Of a stretch of 36,703 bases of DNA, positions 33,324 through 36,703 are shown in pieces (the first letter of the stretch is position 1; the number at the start of each line of letters is the position of its first letter). The notes beneath the pieces were generated by a model, which saw nothing but the letters and a program-made list of their open reading frames with translations, did no database searches and was not told the DNA's origin. This DNA is from Campylobacteraceae bacterium (GTDB taxonomy: Bacteria > Campylobacterota > Campylobacteria > Campylobacterales > JALSKU01), in NCBI GenBank assembly GCA_015488975.1, contig WFMT01000186.1, positions 1-36,703 of the forward strand, given 5' to 3'. The translations under genes were made by a program, and so were the position numbers.

Positions 33324-33881
33324 TCAACAAAAATCAACTAATAATCCCTCTTTTAACTGATTGTACGCATCATCTCCTTGAAGTATTTTTACAATCTCCA
33401 AAGCAAAACAAATAGCAGTACCGGGACCTCTTGAAGTTATAATATTACCATCTTTTACAACTTTTTGAGTATCGATATACCCTTCAACTCCCGTATGACT
33501 TTCAAAACCGGGATAGTTTGTATGTTTTTTCCCCTCAAGGACACCTGCTTCTTTTAATGCCCAAGGTGCTGCACAAATAGCACCAATTGGTTTATTTTTA
33601 TCTGAGAGTTCTTTAATGATACTTTTTACTTTCTTACTTTTAGCCAAGTATTCAGCTCCGGGTAAACCTCCCGGTAAAACTATCATATCAAGCTTTTTTA
33701 CATCAACTTCATCAAGCACAGTATGAGCTATAAATTTCATACCGGTATTTGCACCCTCAACTTCTCTTTTTTCAAGTCCTGCAACAATAACATCAACCCC
33801 GCCTCTGCTTAAAACATCGATAATGCTCATAGCCTCAATCTCTTCAAATCCATTTGCCAACGGAACTAATACCTTTGCCAT
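33324..33881 (-). CDS. DJ-1/PfpI (ThiJ) family protein.
   Basis: 185 aa. Nucleophile-elbow motif IGAICAAPWAL and a conserved VLPGG block. Confidence 0.85.
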   Translation of the reverse strand: MAKVLVPLANGFEEIEAMSIIDVLSRGGVDVIVAGLEKREVEGANTGMKFIAHTVLDEVDVKKLDMIVLPGGLPGAEYLAKSKKVKSIIKELSDKNKPIGAICAAPWALKEAGVLEGKKHTNYPGFESHTGVEGYIDTQKVVKDGNIITSRGPGTAICFALEIVKILQGDDAYNQLKEGLLVDFC

Positions 33882-33913
33882 GGTCTCTCCTTTTAGTGAT
33901 TTTATGCTTTTGC

Positions 33914-34486
33914 TTATTTTTTGTCCTCAACTCTACTTAGATACTCTCCCTTTGCAGTATCTACTCTTATGGTATCACCCTCAAGTATATGATATGGTAT
34001 TTGTACTACCGCACCGCTTTCAAGAGTAGCCGGCTTCTTACCGCCTTGTGAATCACCTTTGAAATTTGGTGGAGTTTGTACTATCTTAAGCTCAACCACT
34101 GAAGCTACTTCAACACCGATGGCACTTCCATTGTAAAAAAGTATATCTACATTCATTCCATCAATCAACCATTGATTTGCATCGCCTACTTGATCTTCAC
34201 TTAATGCAATCTGCTCATAAGTAGTCGTATCCATAAAATGCAACATTTCTCCATCATTATAAAGATATTGCATTGTCTTATCTTCAAGGTCAGGTGATTT
34301 ACATTTATCCCCGGCATGAAATGTTTTATCAATTACTTTGCCATTAACAAAAGATTTCATTTTTACTCTTACAAATGCCGCCCCTTTTCCAGGCTTTACA
34401 TGTTGATAATCTACTATTTTATATGGTACATTGTTTAATTCTATTTTCAAACCTTTTCTTAAATCACCCATTGAATATGTTGCCAT
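33914..34486 (-). CDS. efp: Translation elongation factor P.
   Basis: 190 aa. [38 protein letters not shown] and a three-domain length. Confidence 0.95.
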   Translation of the reverse strand: MATYSMGDLRKGLKIELNNVPYKIVDYQHVKPGKGAAFVRVKMKSFVNGKVIDKTFHAGDKCKSPDLEDKTMQYLYNDGEMLHFMDTTTYEQIALSEDQVGDANQWLIDGMNVDILFYNGSAIGVEVASVVELKIVQTPPNFKGDSQGGKKPATLESGAVVQIPYHILEGDTIRVDTAKGEYLSRVEDKK

Positions 34487-34494
34487 TTTTTCTC

Positions 34495-36168
34495 CTAAAT
34501 TGCTTTTGTATTATCCATTAAAATCGGAACAAATATTAACGATACTATAACTGCGGCAATAGTACCAAATATAAGAGCAACCCCTAAGCCACCAAATATT
34601 GGATCACCTGCAAGTAAAATACTCGCCAATATTATCGCTGCTGCTGTTAACATGATAGGCTTTGCTCTTGTTGCCGCAGCAACTGCTATAGCTTCTCTTT
34701 TTTCGATACCTTTTTTCATCAATGATTTTGCAAAATCTATCAGTAAAAGTGAATTTCTCGAACTTATACCCATAAGAGCAATAAATCCTATCAATGAAGT
34801 TGCCGTGAGATAAAATGTATCTCTGGTAAAAAGATTCATTACCCAGTGGCCAAAAATTACACCTATGATAGATAAAAAACTACCAAATAAAATTATACCA
34901 CTTATTCTAAAACTTTCATAGTAAACAACCAATAATAAAAATATCAAAACAAGTGCAGCTATAAATGCAAGTCCTAAATCTCTAAAAGTATCAAGCGTAA
35001 CTTTCATTTCTCCATTCCAAACCAAATCAAATTTTTCACCTGTTTTTTTATTTGTCAAATGCAAATCAAACATATGTGTAAAATTAGCAATACTCTCCTT
35101 TTTAATATAATAATCTTTAGAAAATTCTTTGATTATTTTATCTCTTGCATCAATCAAAGGATAAACTTGTGAAACTTCGTCAGTCTCAGCAGTAATATTT
35201 GTCATCCTTCTTAAATCTTTTTGCATTATACTAGGTTTACTTTTTACCTCTTTTATAGAAACTACTTCACTAAGAGGTATCATCATGCCTCTTTTATTCA
35301 TAAGTTTCAATGAACTCAGCTTTGCAAGCAATTCATTTTTACTAAATTTTTTAAGTTTCTTTGTCTTTCCGCTTAAAACTTCAAAAAGAGGGATCTGGTC
35401 AGGTGTGTCAGGGCTATTTTTAACTGTAACTTCTACACCTTGAAAAGCAAGATAGAGTATTTTATTTATCTGCTCTATTGACAAACCGGATCTTAAAACT
35501 TTATTTTTATTTATGATTATACTAAATCTGTTATAAATATCATCTTCCATGATATCAACATCGACCAATCCTTTTGTGCTTTTCAATACTTTGGCTATTC
35601 TTTTTGCCATTTTTCTATCATCATGTATATTATGATTGTAAAGCTCAACAACTATGGAGGCAAGAGTAGGGGGACCAGCTGGCATCTGAATCATTTTGAT
35701 ATGAGTACCCGGTATGAGGTTTTGACATTTTTTTTGTATAACCGGCCTTAATCTATGAACCATGTCATAAGATTTTTCCTCTCTTTTATGTTTATCAGTT
35801 AGGTTAATAACCATCTCTGCAACATTTTCACCTCTTTTGAAAGCTGAACCTTTCACAAGTCCGGCATAATTAAGTGGTGCACCCTGACCTAAATAAACTT
35901 CCATATTCGTAATATATTTTTCATGTCTCAAAATACCAGTTACGCATTGTGTTATACTTTTAGTCTGTTCTACTGAACTTCCAGTTGGTGTATTTACATA
36001 TATAGAGTAAGTGTTTGCACTTTTTCCAGGTAGCATTTTTGCTAAAACCATTTTAGTAGGAAGCATCATAATAGTCCCTATCAATGAGGCAAAAATCAAT
36101 ACAAATACAATAGTTTTTTTAATCTTGCTACTAAGTATGGAATAAATTAATTTTTCAAATAATTTCAT
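34495..36168 (-). CDS. RND efflux permease, C-terminal half (TM7, second periplasmic loop, TM8-12), encoded as a separate ORF.
   Basis: 557 aa. Starts with a TM helix ([19 protein letters not shown]), then a ~330-aa periplasmic-loop-like region, then a five-TM bundle ([23 protein letters not shown]...). GGAG lies 7 nt upstream of the ATG. The ATG overlaps the upstream stop (ATGA). Confidence 0.75.
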   Translation of the reverse strand: MKLFEKLIYSILSSKIKKTIVFVLIFASLIGTIMMLPTKMVLAKMLPGKSANTYSIYVNTPTGSSVEQTKSITQCVTGILRHEKYITNMEVYLGQGAPLNYAGLVKGSAFKRGENVAEMVINLTDKHKREEKSYDMVHRLRPVIQKKCQNLIPGTHIKMIQMPAGPPTLASIVVELYNHNIHDDRKMAKRIAKVLKSTKGLVDVDIMEDDIYNRFSIIINKNKVLRSGLSIEQINKILYLAFQGVEVTVKNSPDTPDQIPLFEVLSGKTKKLKKFSKNELLAKLSSLKLMNKRGMMIPLSEVVSIKEVKSKPSIMQKDLRRMTNITAETDEVSQVYPLIDARDKIIKEFSKDYYIKKESIANFTHMFDLHLTNKKTGEKFDLVWNGEMKVTLDTFRDLGLAFIAALVLIFLLLVVYYESFRISGIILFGSFLSIIGVIFGHWVMNLFTRDTFYLTATSLIGFIALMGISSRNSLLLIDFAKSLMKKGIEKREAIAVAAATRAKPIMLTAAAIILASILLAGDPIFGGLGVALIFGTIAAVIVSLIFVPILMDNTKAI

Positions 36169-36701
36169 TGTTTGTCTCCATTTTCACTTTGATTTTTATC
36201 AAAATGATGGTGGTGATGATGCAACTTTGGCTTTTTAAGCAGCAATCTTGAAAGGTATGGGGTAAAAATATATGCAATAACTAAAGAAGCCACTAAAGCA
36301 ACAGGTACATTTTGGGGTATCGGCTTCATAAACTGTCCCATCATTTGACCAACAAAAGCCATTGGAATCATTGTTAAAATGATAGCAAATGTTGCAATAT
36401 TTGTAGGAGGACCTATCTCATCTGTAGCTTCAATTAAAATTTCATCCAAATCTTTATCGACTGAGTCATGTGAGTGCAAATGTCTATGAATATTTTCTAT
36501 AACTATAATAGCTGCATCTACCAATAAGCCTAGACTTAACAAAAAGGCAAATAGAGTTATTCTGTTAATTGTCTGACCTGTTAGGTAAGCAATAAACAAG
36601 GTAATAGCAAAAATAGCCGGAACCGTAAAAGTAACAATTATCGACTCTCTCCATCCAAGTACAAATATAAGAAGAACTGCTATAATCACGATAGAAATCA
36701 A
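36165..36701 (-). CDS. RND efflux permease, N-terminal half (5'-truncated by the window edge; TM2-TM6 are visible), ending in a His6-containing tail.
   Basis: The TM4-like motif GLLVDAAIIVIENIHRHL and the TM6-like IFTPYLSRLLLKKP correspond to AcrB/CzcA residues around 400-500. The ORF then terminates after [20 protein letters not shown]. Confidence 0.75.
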   Translation of the reverse strand: MISIVIIAVLLIFVLGWRESIIVTFTVPAIFAITLFIAYLTGQTINRITLFAFLLSLGLLVDAAIIVIENIHRHLHSHDSVDKDLDEILIEATDEIGPPTNIATFAIILTMIPMAFVGQMMGQFMKPIPQNVPVALVASLVIAYIFTPYLSRLLLKKPKLHHHHHHFDKNQSENGDKQ

Positions 36702-36703
36702 AA

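Noticed and set aside
36204-36221. His6 run as an engineered affinity tag or cloning artefact.
   Set aside because: The codons are mixed CAT/CAC and the run is internal, with 12 further residues before the stop. No vector-like sequence flanks it. Further His-rich sequence (HRHLHSHD) occurs in the same protein, so it looks native.
34495-36701. Calling the two RND ORFs a frameshifted pseudogene.
   Set aside because: The break coincides exactly with the inter-half cytoplasmic linker. The second ORF has its own SD at ideal spacing, and its ATG overlaps the stop. This cannot be fully excluded without orthologs or reads, so it is kept as a finding with that caveat.

Overview
This is an AT-rich chromosomal segment, tightly packed with genes. 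Its content and synteny look like Campylobacterota (epsilonproteobacteria), which is inference only: RNase Y, fliL-acpS adjacency, a short cytoplasmic FlgS-like orphan histidine kinase, dnaE, rmuC, efp, radA, ftsY, argD and upp/uracil permease. Most of the window is ordinary housekeeping. The left 7.5 kb is the interesting part and forms a respiratory module. It holds a stand-alone PhnD-like periplasmic binding protein, divergent from a ttrBCA-type (tetrathionate-reductase-like) molybdoenzyme operon. That operon is preceded by a good sigma54 -24/-12 match. It is followed by two tandem paralogous 96-aa secreted proteins and then a small monohaem cytochrome c. In each paralog the only cysteine is the very last residue, after a Gly-rich tail, which recalls the SoxY swinging arm. 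Beyond protein genes there are two dispersed structured non-coding repeat families. Family A has four copies, two of them in tandem, always between co-directional minus-strand genes with a perfect 11-bp hairpin abutting the SD of the downstream gene. Family B has two ~120-nt copies, each with three hairpins closed by terminal inverted repeats. The right edge carries an RND efflux permease encoded as two half-size ORFs joined by an ATGA overlap, with a natural His6 run at the break. I recognised no rRNA, tRNA, CRISPR array, transposase or phage gene. All functional calls come from motif recognition by eye, not from database searches.
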